Source: Burkholderiales bacterium (GTDB lineage Bacteria > Pseudomonadota > Gammaproteobacteria > Burkholderiales > JACMKV01). Taken from it: a stretch of 29,490 bases of DNA. This document shows positions 18,501-25,914 of this stretch, one piece after another. Both the position numbers and the translations under genes were made by a program. The stretch covers positions 1 to 29,490 of the forward strand of contig JACMKV010000022.1 of NCBI GenBank assembly GCA_014379915.1, given 5' to 3'. How positions within the stretch are numbered: the first letter of the stretch is position 1; each line of letters opens with the position of its first letter. The notes below the pieces were generated by a model. That model worked only from the letters and a program-made list of their open reading frames with translations. It made no database searches and had not been told where the DNA came from.

Positions 18501-18729
18501 TGGTTTCGACCTGACCAAGAATGTGCGCGCCGACCCGATTACCGCGCGCGTGCCAATCATCATGATCACCTCGCGTACGGCGGACAAGCACCGCAATCAC
18601 GCCAAGCAGCTCGGTGTCGACGTGTTTCTCGGCAAGCCGTTCCAAGAAGCAGATCTATTGCACCATATCGAACGCTTCACAAAAAAACCGCAAGCTAAAG
18701 AAATCGAAGGTCTGGCACGCGCCGGCTGA
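12559..18729 (+). CDS. chpA: Chp-system hybrid CheA-like kinase ChpA/PilL (multi-Hpt, HATPase, CheW, REC)
   Basis: Hpt motifs HQVTG, HTLKGSG, HTLAG, HTLKGGA; HMLRNAIAHG, DDGRG, PGFSTA, GRGIG; CheW domain; C-terminal REC VDDS..DIEMPRMDG..KP. Uninterrupted 2056-aa ORF. Confidence 0.96.
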   Translation: MSAVKEFDVGPLTWVKSEIDQALERARSSLVQFAENPSDGAALKFCLTHLHQVTGALQMVGLDGLARFSEEFESTLAALEKHEIEMTPASLTLFNRAIAALTRYLEDLISGEPNVPLRLFPLYRELFMVRGSALASETDLFFPDLGAQAPKLSSSDLLNQGANLVQFVKIQRSAFQRGLLRWLRDSEDADAKHAMLEAVRAIEGTQPLPAQRSFWWSAVGLIDALVHHGLEPDFELKRLCARIDLQVRRLGSGSPKVAERLLRDVLYSIARSKPSSGRAEEIKRLFQLDRHLPPAGVNSLVEVDLVKMRPILRELREILTSAKDAWTKCTSGNRPALAQFVEALARLKQKSSDLSAPLLKLLDVMQPIAADMESVNDSRRDELGLEIATALLVVENALDNITNPKADIARQVGVMVGRLRSAVGGKARDDDLLTQPVLDEISRKAQEKLLVAQVVREIQSNLRHIEQVLDTFFRDPAKRDALPGLQPFLKQVAGALAILRLEEATELLNACQALINKAANPAHEVAQAELELLADGLSSLGFYIEAIEHNPSEPLKIIAPVFSRLTGKTLSGPDITQTIELPGNEEDSEAQAAVSVESDLAISKQQTQALFEAWQQQPEDTVVREELQNQLESMRQDADLVADKGLHERTAAALNLLNTAENGQPGLAEAISRITAPKVAAVAPSAQATRLLVASSDAVDAELLEIYLEEAAEVLATIEENLAICRAQPHQRDAITTIRRGFHTLKGSGRMVGLMQLGEIGWSVEQVMNEWQQQDKLPNAALFNLIALAHDSFAVWVTKLKNAGSVEIEAQPIHDLAAQLRDGVEPAAVAVATHAPIASPAVVFAPAAAVTSAAAFARAEAVAPAVAIVAAAAVSAAPSLEEYTAKKLNAGPAAEAEDIQTDYAAGEVTVTEIAPQLFATPETADQPVEASTPDPEPEPLATDIQIGDIVMSAELYEIFMKEAEQHLVTLEREAAKLHELPQQPIAYDFMRAAHTLAGISRTAGVAAVVETACALELYLQELTDQPVAQNTAQITVIDNAVIVLRAMMHALSERRAPEGADPEMQELRGQLAVAREQHRPAKRASAAKAPEHEIDIIREVPTADAEQNPLDLAASDLVSPDFLSADLSTDDSVSSETPPAELASADLSEIDLTAIDMPASGQTSELPALDLPALDLLSPSAEATQSASEISATEQHLHDSTAAKTSMDAYPTAAESERAASESEPVWPVAEALPEQPAALAPVAESPVMEPAGEPMAEQSVPEVMIDKAPLPRLGPAEGAPAIVERRVVRDDIDVQLLPIFIEEAADLVPQIGSDLRAWKSDPANTQAPLALRRALHTLKGGARMAGAMRLGELTHYMESQVDHALATSAGAPTLFDDLESEFDRVNDAIERLQRNDFLVVAAAPAARAANAPPPTAATAAEAQIIPIAPLAREADHVSARALLRVRADIVDRLVNDAGEVSIARSRIDGEVRSFKHGLNELTDSVLRLRGQLREVEIQAESQLQSRLTALNQEDDAFDPLEFDRFTRFQELTRLMAESLHDVTTVQQTLLKSLDEADAALLQQARMNRELQQELMRIRTVPFSSLSERLYRIMRLTAKELGKKANLEIRGGNVELDRSVLEKIGAPLEHMLRNAIAHGLEDAGSRTAAGKTEIGEITLDVRQHANEILIVLSDDGRGLDLARIRGKVEAAGLLQRDTEATETQLMEFIFMPGFSTAEEITQTSGRGIGMEVARNEIATLGGRVEVASQAGKGTTFSIYLPLTLAVTQIVLIRVGTRHYAVPSSMIEQVQELKAPALAVAYKDNKIEWHGNSYPFHYLPRLLGDMDLLPEAMRYSPILLLKSGAQRVAIHVDGLIGNQEIVVKNIGPQLARVAGIAGATVLGNGAVVLIINPVQLAQRDMLHIAYPGRTPALAANAEKATVVAPLIMVVDDSLTVRKVTGRLLAREGYQVVTAKDGVDALKQLQDMTPDVMLVDIEMPRMDGFDLTKNVRADPITARVPIIMITSRTADKHRNHAKQLGVDVFLGKPFQEADLLHHIERFTKKPQAKEIEGLARAG
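15085..15192 (+). repeat. Degenerate 18-bp tandem repeat (about 6 units) in a chpA linker
   Basis: gtatttgctcccgctgcg / gctgttacttctgctgcg / gcttttgctcgtgctgag / gctgttgctcccgctgta / gcgattgtggctgctgcc / gccgtttccgcggcgcca; consensus peptide near AVAPAA. Confidence 0.7.
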
Positions 18730-18739
18730 TCCGCTACTT

Positions 18740-18772
18740 GTGTTCAACCTGCGCGTAGGCGCGGTTGAACAC
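18740..18772. other. Strong hairpin 10 nt after the chpA stop
   Basis: GTGTTCAACC-T-GCGC-GTAG-GCGC-GGTTGAACAC: 14-bp stem with one bulge and no U-tract. Confidence 0.6.
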
Positions 18773-18910
18773 CATTCCCGGTCTAGTTAGCAGCTCGCTG
18801 CGCCTGAATTCAGCAGAGGCTGAATTCGCTTCAACGCCAACCCGGAATCTTCTCAACACCGTGCGCCGCGCGCCGCGAATTCGCCTAGAAGCTGCTTTGG
18901 AGTTCTAGAG

Positions 18911-18955
18911 AGCCTGGAGAGTCGGCGCCTTTGGCAACCGTCCTCCAGGCTTTTT
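18911..18955 (+). terminator. Intrinsic-terminator-like hairpin with a plus-strand U-tract
   Basis: AGCCTGGAG (18911-18919) pairs with CTCCAGGCT (18943-18951); T5 at 18951-18955. Confidence 0.55.
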
Positions 18956-18996
18956 GACGTCTGCCTGGAGCGATGCTCCGCGGCAGATTGCTCGGA

Positions 18997-19104
18997 TTAC
19001 CTGGACTTCGCTGCCGGCTTTTTAGCCGGAGCCTTTTTCGCTGCGGGCTTGGCTGCAGTTTTCGCCGGAGCTTTTGCCGCAGGTTTTTTTGCAGGTGTTG
19101 CCAT
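18997..19104 (-). CDS. 35-aa histone H1-like Lys/Ala/Pro micro-protein (absent from the ORF track)
   Basis: MATPAKKPAAKAPAKTAAKPAAKKAPAKKPAAKSR*. AGGAG RBS at 19115-19111, 6 nt before ATG 19104; TAA at 18999-18997. Confidence 0.72.
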   Translation of the reverse strand: MATPAKKPAAKAPAKTAAKPAAKKAPAKKPAAKSR

Positions 19105-19298
19105 CGTTGTCTCCTATCCACTAGTTGAAAGTGTGGTCACCTATACAGCCTAACAGCACTAGCCGTAACCTTTACGTAGCTTCGGACACCTACAACTTCA
19201 GTGTGCCGCTTCTCGCATATATACGAGATCGTCTTCGCAACGGTGCGGCAATTTTATTCCTGTTCAAAAAAATTACAACAGATTTGGAATATTTTTTT

Positions 19299-19331
19299 GT
19301 CATTAAATGACGACGAGATATTTTCTTTCAA
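19299..19331 (-). promoter_or_regulatory. Sigma70-like promoter with a palindrome overlapping the -10 box
   Basis: TTGAAA (19331-19326)-N18-TTTAAT (19307-19302). GTCATT-A-AATGAC palindrome at 19299-19311, in an AT-rich tract upstream of the micro-ORF. Confidence 0.5.
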
Positions 19332-19375
19332 GGCGAAGAAATAATGGCGATGCCGGCGCCGCTTCGTTCGCAAAA

Positions 19376-20638
19376 TCACGGCCCCGAATCACAGCTTAAA
19401 GCCAGCCGCTTTTCTCCGGCGATGAGTTGATCGAACGTTTCGCGTTCACGAATCAAATGGACTTTTCCGCCATCGACCATTACCTCTGCAGCACGTGGGC
19501 GAGTGTTGTAGTTCGAGCTCATACTCATGCCGTAGGCGCCTGCCGATAACACGGCAAGCAGCGCCCCTTCGTTCACCACGAGCTCGCGGTCGCGGGCAAA
19601 AAAGTCGGCGCTCTCGCAAACCGGGCCGACGATATCGTAGCGGCAGCGGCTCGCGTCGGTTTCCTCGACGGGTACGATATCGTGCCAGGCGTCGTATAGC
19701 GCGGGGCGCAGCAGATCGTTCATGGCCGCGTCGACGACCGCGAAGTTTTTATTCTCGCTGTGCTTCAGGTACTCGACGCGAGTCAGCAGCAAACCGGCGT
19801 TGCCGACCAGCGAGCGTCCAGGTTCGAGCAGTATGCTTTGATCGCGCGCGGCCAGCCTGGAAGTCACGGCTCGCGCGTACTCGTCGATCGACGGAGGAAG
19901 CTCGTTGCGATACCGGATGCCCAAGCCGCCGCCGAGATCAAGATGCGAGACCTGAATGTTCTCCGAAGTCAGGCGATCCAGCAGCGTCAGGATCTTTTCA
20001 AGCGCGGCGACGAACGGCGCGATCTCGGTCAGCTGCGAACCGATATGGCAATCGATCCCGGTCACTTGCAGATTAGGCGATGCTGCCGCGATTCGATATA
20101 AGGGCAAGGCGTCGGCATAGGCGACGCCGAATTTGTTCTGCTTCAAGCCGGTCGCGATATATGGATGGGTCCTGGCGTCGACATCCGGATTAACGCGGAC
20201 ACTGACACGGGCCGTCTTGCCGGCTTCGCCGGCAATGCGATCGAGACGCCGAAGCTCGCCTTTCGATTCAACATTGAAGCAAAGGATGCCGGCCTCGAGC
20301 GCGAAGCGCATTTCCTCGGCGCTTTTGCCTACACCGGAGAACACTGTCTTGCCAGGATCGCCGCCCGCTGCAATGACGCGCCGTAGTTCACCTCCCGACA
20401 CCACATCGAATCCGCTGCCGAGGCAGGCGAACAGATTCAGGATGGCGAGGTTGGGATTCGCTTTGACGGCGTAGCAGATCAAAAGCCGGCGGTCGAAAGC
20501 CGCGTCGTAGCTGCGATACGCATCCGTCAGTGCGGCGCGGGAGTAGACATAGCACGGCGTGCCGAACTGTTCCGCGATCTCCGACAAGGGAACCGATTCG
20601 GCATAAAGCCGGCCACTACGGCGAGGAAAAAATTCCAC
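19376..20638 (-). CDS. lysA: Diaminopimelate decarboxylase
   Basis: YAVKANPN (PLP Lys), GFDVVSGGE, KFG, HIGSQL, LDLGGG, EPGRS, GPVCESAD, GAYGMSMSSNYNTRPR. Confidence 0.97.
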   Translation of the reverse strand: MEFFPRRSGRLYAESVPLSEIAEQFGTPCYVYSRAALTDAYRSYDAAFDRRLLICYAVKANPNLAILNLFACLGSGFDVVSGGELRRVIAAGGDPGKTVFSGVGKSAEEMRFALEAGILCFNVESKGELRRLDRIAGEAGKTARVSVRVNPDVDARTHPYIATGLKQNKFGVAYADALPLYRIAAASPNLQVTGIDCHIGSQLTEIAPFVAALEKILTLLDRLTSENIQVSHLDLGGGLGIRYRNELPPSIDEYARAVTSRLAARDQSILLEPGRSLVGNAGLLLTRVEYLKHSENKNFAVVDAAMNDLLRPALYDAWHDIVPVEETDASRCRYDIVGPVCESADFFARDRELVVNEGALLAVLSAGAYGMSMSSNYNTRPRAAEVMVDGGKVHLIRERETFDQLIAGEKRLALSCDSGP

Positions 20639-20643
20639 TGCGT

Positions 20644-20796
20644 TCAGTTCTTTTCGTTTTGCTGTTTGTTCTGCTGCTGTGGTGACGGCTGAGCTGACGA
20701 GCTGGGCTTGGCGGGATCAGGCAAATACAGCGGCGCCTTGTGACCGCAAGCTGACGTGAACAGGATTATGAGGAAGGAAAAGGCAAGTGCGCGCAT
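20644..20796 (-). CDS. lptM: Small lipoprotein LptM/YifL (LppL) (absent from the ORF track)
   Basis: MRALAFSFLIILFTSA-CGHKAPLYLPDP... (50 aa): lipobox Cys17 and the CGxKGPLYLP family motif. Sits upstream of lysA like lppL-lysA. Confidence 0.85.
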   Translation of the reverse strand: MRALAFSFLIILFTSACGHKAPLYLPDPAKPSSSAQPSPQQQNKQQNEKN

Positions 20797-20859
20797 GGCA
20801 AGTGATGAAAAAACGCGCAGTGTAGCACAGGGGCAGTGCGCTTCCGGGAGGCGGGACGC

Positions 20860-21502
20860 GCCTGTCTTACAGTGGCATGCCGTGGCTGAGCGCTCGAATT
20901 CAATGCCGACCGCGCGGATGCGAAATCCGGATAGATGCGTTCAACTTGCCACCAGAACGCCGGCGAATGATTGAGCTCTACCAGATGCGCAAGCATGCGC
21001 GATCACGTAATCGATGACGTAGAGCGCCTGAATCAACCGCCACGCCGCTGTGCCCAGCAAGGCTGCATAGTGCGCAGCGCGTTCGCGAAATAACCCGGTT
21101 GCCTGACGGCGTAGCGAGTTCGTCGCCAGCGGCTGGGCGGCTTCCCGGTCCGAGGCATCGCGCAATGTCAGCGTCAGTATGCGCCTTCGTGCTCCTCGCG
21201 TTTTCGTCCGCTGCCTGCGGACAGAACGACAGGAAGATTGTTGCCAATGAATCTCAGGGGGCGCGCCTCGAACCAGTCCGGTCGTGGCGAGCGCGCGTAA
21301 ATTTCGATCTTCTTCAGCACCGCTGCCCGGCATCGCTGAGCGCATGGTGCAGACGGCGTTCTGAAGTCCGCCACGGCACATGCACGGTCAGCCCGCCTTC
21401 GTCTACGCGCAGGCTGATGCGACGCCGCTCGCTGCTACGCTTCAAAAGGTAAGCGATCTCGCGTTCGCCGAGCTTGACACTGCGCGCTTCTTCGACCCGC
21501 AT
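20860..21502 (-). pseudogene. YgjP/DUF45 (M48-annotated) metallopeptidase pseudogene
   Basis: IAYLLKRSSERRRISLRVDEGGLTVHVP, frameshifts near 21325 and 21185, RRQATGLFRERAAHYAALLG joined directly to WRLIQA (RWGSC segment missing), YVIDYVIAH then a 2-nt loss in HE(L)AH at ~20994, then LAHLVELNHSPAFW. The 3' boundary is approximate. Confidence 0.85.
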
Positions 21503-21515
21503 CGCTTTAACCACT

Positions 21516-22265
21516 TTAGCCACTGCGCGCGGTTCCCGCGATCGTTCGCATTTCAGATTCGATCCAGTCTTCGATTCTTCGATTCAGCGCGCCTGGCTTC
21601 AGGCCCTCCGGCGCGATTGGGGCGCCGATCCTCACCGTGATTTCGCCCGGATATTTGAGGAACGCGCGCTTGCCCCATAGCTCTCCGGAATTGAGCGCAA
21701 CCGGCAAAAGCGGAGTTTCGGTTTCGACAGCGAGCCAGGCGCCGCCCATCTGATACTTCGCCTTATCGCCAGGCGCCACCCGCGTCCCCTCAGGAAAAAT
21801 GACGATCCAGAAACCGTCGCGCAGACGTTGACTACCCTGCTCGCGCGTTTGCCGCAGCGCGCGCATGCCGGAGCCGCGGTCGATTGCAATCGGATTCATC
21901 ATGGCCAGTCCCCAACCGAAAAACGGAATCCGCAACAGATGCTTTTTCAACACCCAGACCTGCGGCGGAAAAATCACCTGAAAAGCGAGCGTCTCCCACG
22001 CCGATTGGTGCTTGGACACGATGATCGCTGGCGTAGCAGGAAGGTGCTGCAGGCCTTCGACCCGGTAGCGGACGCCGCAAATGGATTTAGCCGCCGCGAT
22101 GACCAGCCGCGACCACAAGGTGATGATCCGATAGCGCGTCAGCGCGTCAAACGGAAAGCTCAAAAGTGCTGCGACCGCAAAGATCGGCGTCAGGATGATC
22201 TGTACCAGCGCCAGCAACGTCGATCGCACGACGACCAGAGCCAGGCAGGCGCGCCGCGAACGCAT
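21516..22265 (-). CDS. plsC: 1-acyl-sn-glycerol-3-phosphate acyltransferase
   Basis: SKHQSAWET (HX4E), IFPEGTR, LPVALNSG. Start uncertain; ATG 22265 is the first ATG after the gmhB stop. Confidence 0.92.
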   Translation of the reverse strand: MRSRRACLALVVVRSTLLALVQIILTPIFAVAALLSFPFDALTRYRIITLWSRLVIAAAKSICGVRYRVEGLQHLPATPAIIVSKHQSAWETLAFQVIFPPQVWVLKKHLLRIPFFGWGLAMMNPIAIDRGSGMRALRQTREQGSQRLRDGFWIVIFPEGTRVAPGDKAKYQMGGAWLAVETETPLLPVALNSGELWGKRAFLKYPGEITVRIGAPIAPEGLKPGALNRRIEDWIESEMRTIAGTARSG

Positions 22266-22275
22266 GAACGACAAT

Positions 22276-22809
22276 TCAGGCGGTGATCGCGGAGACCGCT
22301 TCCGCGAGATCCGCATAGACCTGGGTATTGGCGGGTTTGGTTTCTTCCTGCAAAGTTTTTTGCCCTTTACCGGTCAAGACCAGAATCGGCAACGCTTCCA
22401 CGGCCGCCGCCGCCCGCAGGTCGCGCAGCGAATCGCCGACGCAAGGCGCGCCGACAAGGCTGATGTTGAAGCGGCGCGAAATATCCTGGTACATGCCAAG
22501 CTTGGGCTTGCGGCACGCGCAACTATCTTCCGCCGCGTGCGGGCAATAGAACAAGGCATCGATGCGTCCGCCGACCTGCCCCAGCATGCGATGCATCTTG
22601 CTGTTCATTGCGTTCAGCGCCGCCATATCGAACAGGCCGCGGCCGATACCCGATTGGTTGGTCGCAACCACGACGCGCCAACCTGCTTGGTTCAAACGCG
22701 CGATCGCCTCGAGGCTGCCCGGGATAGGCTTCCACTCTTCGAGATTCTTGATGAAACGCGCGCTGTCGTAATTGATGACGCCGTCGCGGTCGAGTATGGC
22801 GAGCTTCAT
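22276..22809 (-). CDS. gmhB: D-glycero-D-manno-heptose 1,7-bisphosphate phosphatase
   Basis: LDRDGVIN (HAD DxD), ATNQSGIGRG, CPHAAEDSCACRKP (Zn site), VGDSLRD. Confidence 0.95.
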   Translation of the reverse strand: MKLAILDRDGVINYDSARFIKNLEEWKPIPGSLEAIARLNQAGWRVVVATNQSGIGRGLFDMAALNAMNSKMHRMLGQVGGRIDALFYCPHAAEDSCACRKPKLGMYQDISRRFNISLVGAPCVGDSLRDLRAAAAVEALPILVLTGKGQKTLQEETKPANTQVYADLAEAVSAITA

Positions 22810-22855
22810 GTTTGAGCGAGCAGTGAACGGCGAACAATAAACGGAGGGTTCTGCA

Positions 22856-24949
22856 TCATGCGGCGAGCTTGGAAATGTCGGCGACCTGGTTCATCTCCCG
22901 CCGCAAGTCGGCGAGCAGGCCTAGACGATTCTGTCGCAGCGCCGGATCGTCCACCATCACCATGACCGAATCGAAAAAAGCGTCTACCGGGGATTTGAGA
23001 ACGGCGAACGTTTTCAGGTACCCGGTAAAGTCGCCGCGCCTGAATAACGGGGCAGCCTGCCGGGCAGCCGATTGCAGCGCGTGGAACAAGGCAAGCTCGG
23101 CCGGATCTTGCAGCATGCCTGCCTCGGCGTTCAAGAAAGAAACACCCTTGGCGTCCGCCTGCTTCAGGATGTTGACGACGCGCTTGTTGGCGGCGGCGAG
23201 ACTTTCCGCTTCGGGCAGCGCGCTGAACGCGCGAACCGCCGCAAGCTGGTACGGAACGCGGTGGAGCTGCATCGGCCGCATGCACAGCACCGCTTCGACC
23301 TCGTTCGCGCTATAACCGGTTTCGCGTAGGTAGCCGCGCAAGCGCTCCAGAATGAAGCTTTCGAGATCGCCACGAGCATCGGCCACCATGCCATCCGGAA
23401 ACACCGAAAACGCAGCGGCCACGATCGCGTCGAGCGGAACAGGGAGCCCACCCTCGACCAGAATGCGGACAACGCCGAGCGCGTGACGGCGCAATGCGAA
23501 CGGATCCTTGTCGCCGCTCGGCTGCTGGCCGATGCCGAACAACCCGGCCAGCGCTTCGAGCTTGTCGGCGAGCGCGACGCTGGTCGAAACGCCGTCGGGC
23601 GGCAGCGCGTCGCCGGCGAATTTCGGCCGGTAGTGAAACTCGATCGCGTCGCCGACTTCCGCCGGTTCGCCGTCAGCCATCGCATAGTAGCGCCCCATGA
23701 CGCCCTGCAATTCGGGGAATTCCCCAACCATGTCGGTCAGGAGATCGGCCTTGCACAAGTGGGCGGCGCGCCGCGCCAGCGCCGGGTCCGCGTTTGTTTT
23801 GCCCGCGATCAGAACCGCCAGCTTTTGCAGCCGTTCGACCCGTTCGAGCTGGCTGCCCAGCTTGCGGTTATAAACGACGTCCGCCAGTCTGGGTACGCGC
23901 GCATCCAGCGGGGTTTTCCGGTCCTGGTCAAAGAAAAATTTAGCGTCCGACAAGCGCGCGCGCAGTACGCGCTCGTTGCCGCGAACGATTTCGCCCGGTT
24001 CATCGGTCGGCAGATTGCTGACGATCAGAAAGCGGTTCTGCAATTTGCCGTCTGCATCGGCCAACGGGAAGTACTTCTGATGCTGCTGCATCGACAGGAT
24101 CAGGCACTCGTGCGGTACGCCCAGGAATGCCGTATCAAATGCACCGCGATAGATCGCCGGCCACTCGACCAGCGCCGTTACTTCGTCGAGCAAGGCGTCC
24201 GATTGGATAATGCGCTCGCCGTCCGCCGCCATGGTCAATCCGGCTTCGATCATGGCGCGGCGCTCCTCGAAGTTGGCAATGACGCGGCCTTCCGTCCGCA
24301 GCGTTTCGGCGTAACTATCGGCATCCCTGATCGGAATTTCGCCTGTGCTCAAAAAGCGATGCCCGAGCGTCGTCCGGTAAGCGATCAAGCCAAGCGCTGT
24401 TACGGGCTCGACTTCGCTCCCCAGCACAGCAACCAACTTGTGCGCTGGGCGGACGAACTGTATCTGGTTGCCTTCGGCGTCCTGATAGGACATCACTTTG
24501 GGAATGGGCAGCTTTTCGATCGCATCCTGTAGCGCGCCTTCGAGCGAAGCCCGCAACGGGGCGCCGGCTGCGAGTTGCCGGTAGAAAAGCGTTTCGGTTT
24601 TGCCATCGAGCCTACGCTCCATCTGTTCGACAGTAACTTCCGCCAATCCCATGCTCGCCAGTTTCTTCGTCAGCGTTGGCGTCGGCTTGCCTTCAGCATC
24701 GAGCCCGACCTTGACCGGCATCAGCTTGCGCTCGAATTCATGATCCAGGGATTGCTTGCGGACTGCGTTGATCGTGACCGCCAGCCGCCGTGGTGTCGCA
24801 TAGGGCAGGCTCGTCGAGTCATCGGTCAGAAACCCGCGCTCCTTCAGCCCCGCCGCAAGACCTTCCGCGAAAGCGGCGCCCAATTGCCTGAGCGCTTTCG
24901 GCGGCAGTTCTTCGGTAAGCAATTCGACGAGCAGCGTTGCCGTGGTCAT
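22856..24949 (-). CDS. glyS: Glycyl-tRNA synthetase beta subunit
   Basis: [72 protein letters not shown]. Confidence 0.97.
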   Translation of the reverse strand: MTTATLLVELLTEELPPKALRQLGAAFAEGLAAGLKERGFLTDDSTSLPYATPRRLAVTINAVRKQSLDHEFERKLMPVKVGLDAEGKPTPTLTKKLASMGLAEVTVEQMERRLDGKTETLFYRQLAAGAPLRASLEGALQDAIEKLPIPKVMSYQDAEGNQIQFVRPAHKLVAVLGSEVEPVTALGLIAYRTTLGHRFLSTGEIPIRDADSYAETLRTEGRVIANFEERRAMIEAGLTMAADGERIIQSDALLDEVTALVEWPAIYRGAFDTAFLGVPHECLILSMQQHQKYFPLADADGKLQNRFLIVSNLPTDEPGEIVRGNERVLRARLSDAKFFFDQDRKTPLDARVPRLADVVYNRKLGSQLERVERLQKLAVLIAGKTNADPALARRAAHLCKADLLTDMVGEFPELQGVMGRYYAMADGEPAEVGDAIEFHYRPKFAGDALPPDGVSTSVALADKLEALAGLFGIGQQPSGDKDPFALRRHALGVVRILVEGGLPVPLDAIVAAAFSVFPDGMVADARGDLESFILERLRGYLRETGYSANEVEAVLCMRPMQLHRVPYQLAAVRAFSALPEAESLAAANKRVVNILKQADAKGVSFLNAEAGMLQDPAELALFHALQSAARQAAPLFRRGDFTGYLKTFAVLKSPVDAFFDSVMVMVDDPALRQNRLGLLADLRREMNQVADISKLAA

Positions 24950-25890
24950 GCGTGCTGACCGGCGAGCGTCATTTCGGTTTCGATTTTCGGCGCCATCGGA
25001 AAGCCGAGGCGCTCGCGCGATTCGTAATAGGCTTGCGCGACGAGCCTCGACAAGTTACGAATCCGGCCGATGTAAGCCGCGCGCTCGGTCACCGAAATCG
25101 CACCGCGCGCATCGAGCAGATTGAACGTGTGCGCGGCTTTCAGCACCATTTCATAGGCCGGCAGCGACAGGTTCGCGACGATCAGGCGATTCGCCTCGGA
25201 CTCGTAATCGGCGAAATGCCTGAATTGCAAGTCCGCATTCAAGTGCTCGAAATTGTAGGCCGATTGCTCGACCTCGTTCTGATGGTAGACGTCGCGATAG
25301 CGCAGAATGCGCTCAGCGCCGCGCTTTCCGCCAACATCCGGCGATTTTGTCCAGACCAGATCGTAAACGCTTTCCACGCCCTGCAAATACATCGCCAGCC
25401 GCTCGAGGCCGTAGGTGATTTCGCCCAGGATGGGTTTGCAATTCAGGCCGCCGATCTGCTGGAAATAGGTGAATTGCGTGACCTCCATGCCATTCAGCCA
25501 GACTTCCCAGCCGAGCCCCCACGCGCCCAGCGTCGGATTTTCCCAATCGTCCTCGACGAAGCGCACGTCGTTCTTGCTGGTGTCGATACCGATCGCTCGC
25601 AGCGAACCGAGGTAGAGATCGAGAATATCCCGCGGCGCGGGTTTCAGCACGACCTGAAATTGATAGTAGTGCTGGAGCCGGTTTGGATTGTCGCCGTAAC
25701 GCCCGTCCTTGGGCCGCCGCGACGGCTGAACGTAGGCAGCGCGCCATGGCTCGGGTCCTAGCGCGCGCAAAAAAGTAGCGGTATGCGAGGTGCCGGCGCC
25801 GACTTCCATGTCGTAGGGTTGCAGCAGCGCGCAGCCTTGCTCGTCCCAGTAACTCTGCAGCGTGGAAATCAGTGCTTGAAAAGTCAGCAT
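24946..25890 (-). CDS. glyQ: Glycyl-tRNA synthetase alpha subunit
   Basis: [61 protein letters not shown] overlap with glyS. Confidence 0.98.
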   Translation of the reverse strand: MLTFQALISTLQSYWDEQGCALLQPYDMEVGAGTSHTATFLRALGPEPWRAAYVQPSRRPKDGRYGDNPNRLQHYYQFQVVLKPAPRDILDLYLGSLRAIGIDTSKNDVRFVEDDWENPTLGAWGLGWEVWLNGMEVTQFTYFQQIGGLNCKPILGEITYGLERLAMYLQGVESVYDLVWTKSPDVGGKRGAERILRYRDVYHQNEVEQSAYNFEHLNADLQFRHFADYESEANRLIVANLSLPAYEMVLKAAHTFNLLDARGAISVTERAAYIGRIRNLSRLVAQAYYESRERLGFPMAPKIETEMTLAGQHA

Positions 25891-25914
25891 GAGGAATCCG
25901 CGAAAACGCTGATT

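Noticed and set aside
25290-25350. Extra residues in GlyQ ([16 protein letters not shown])
   Set aside because: This loop is length-variable in betaproteobacterial GlyQ, and no DNA palindrome or repeat signature is present.
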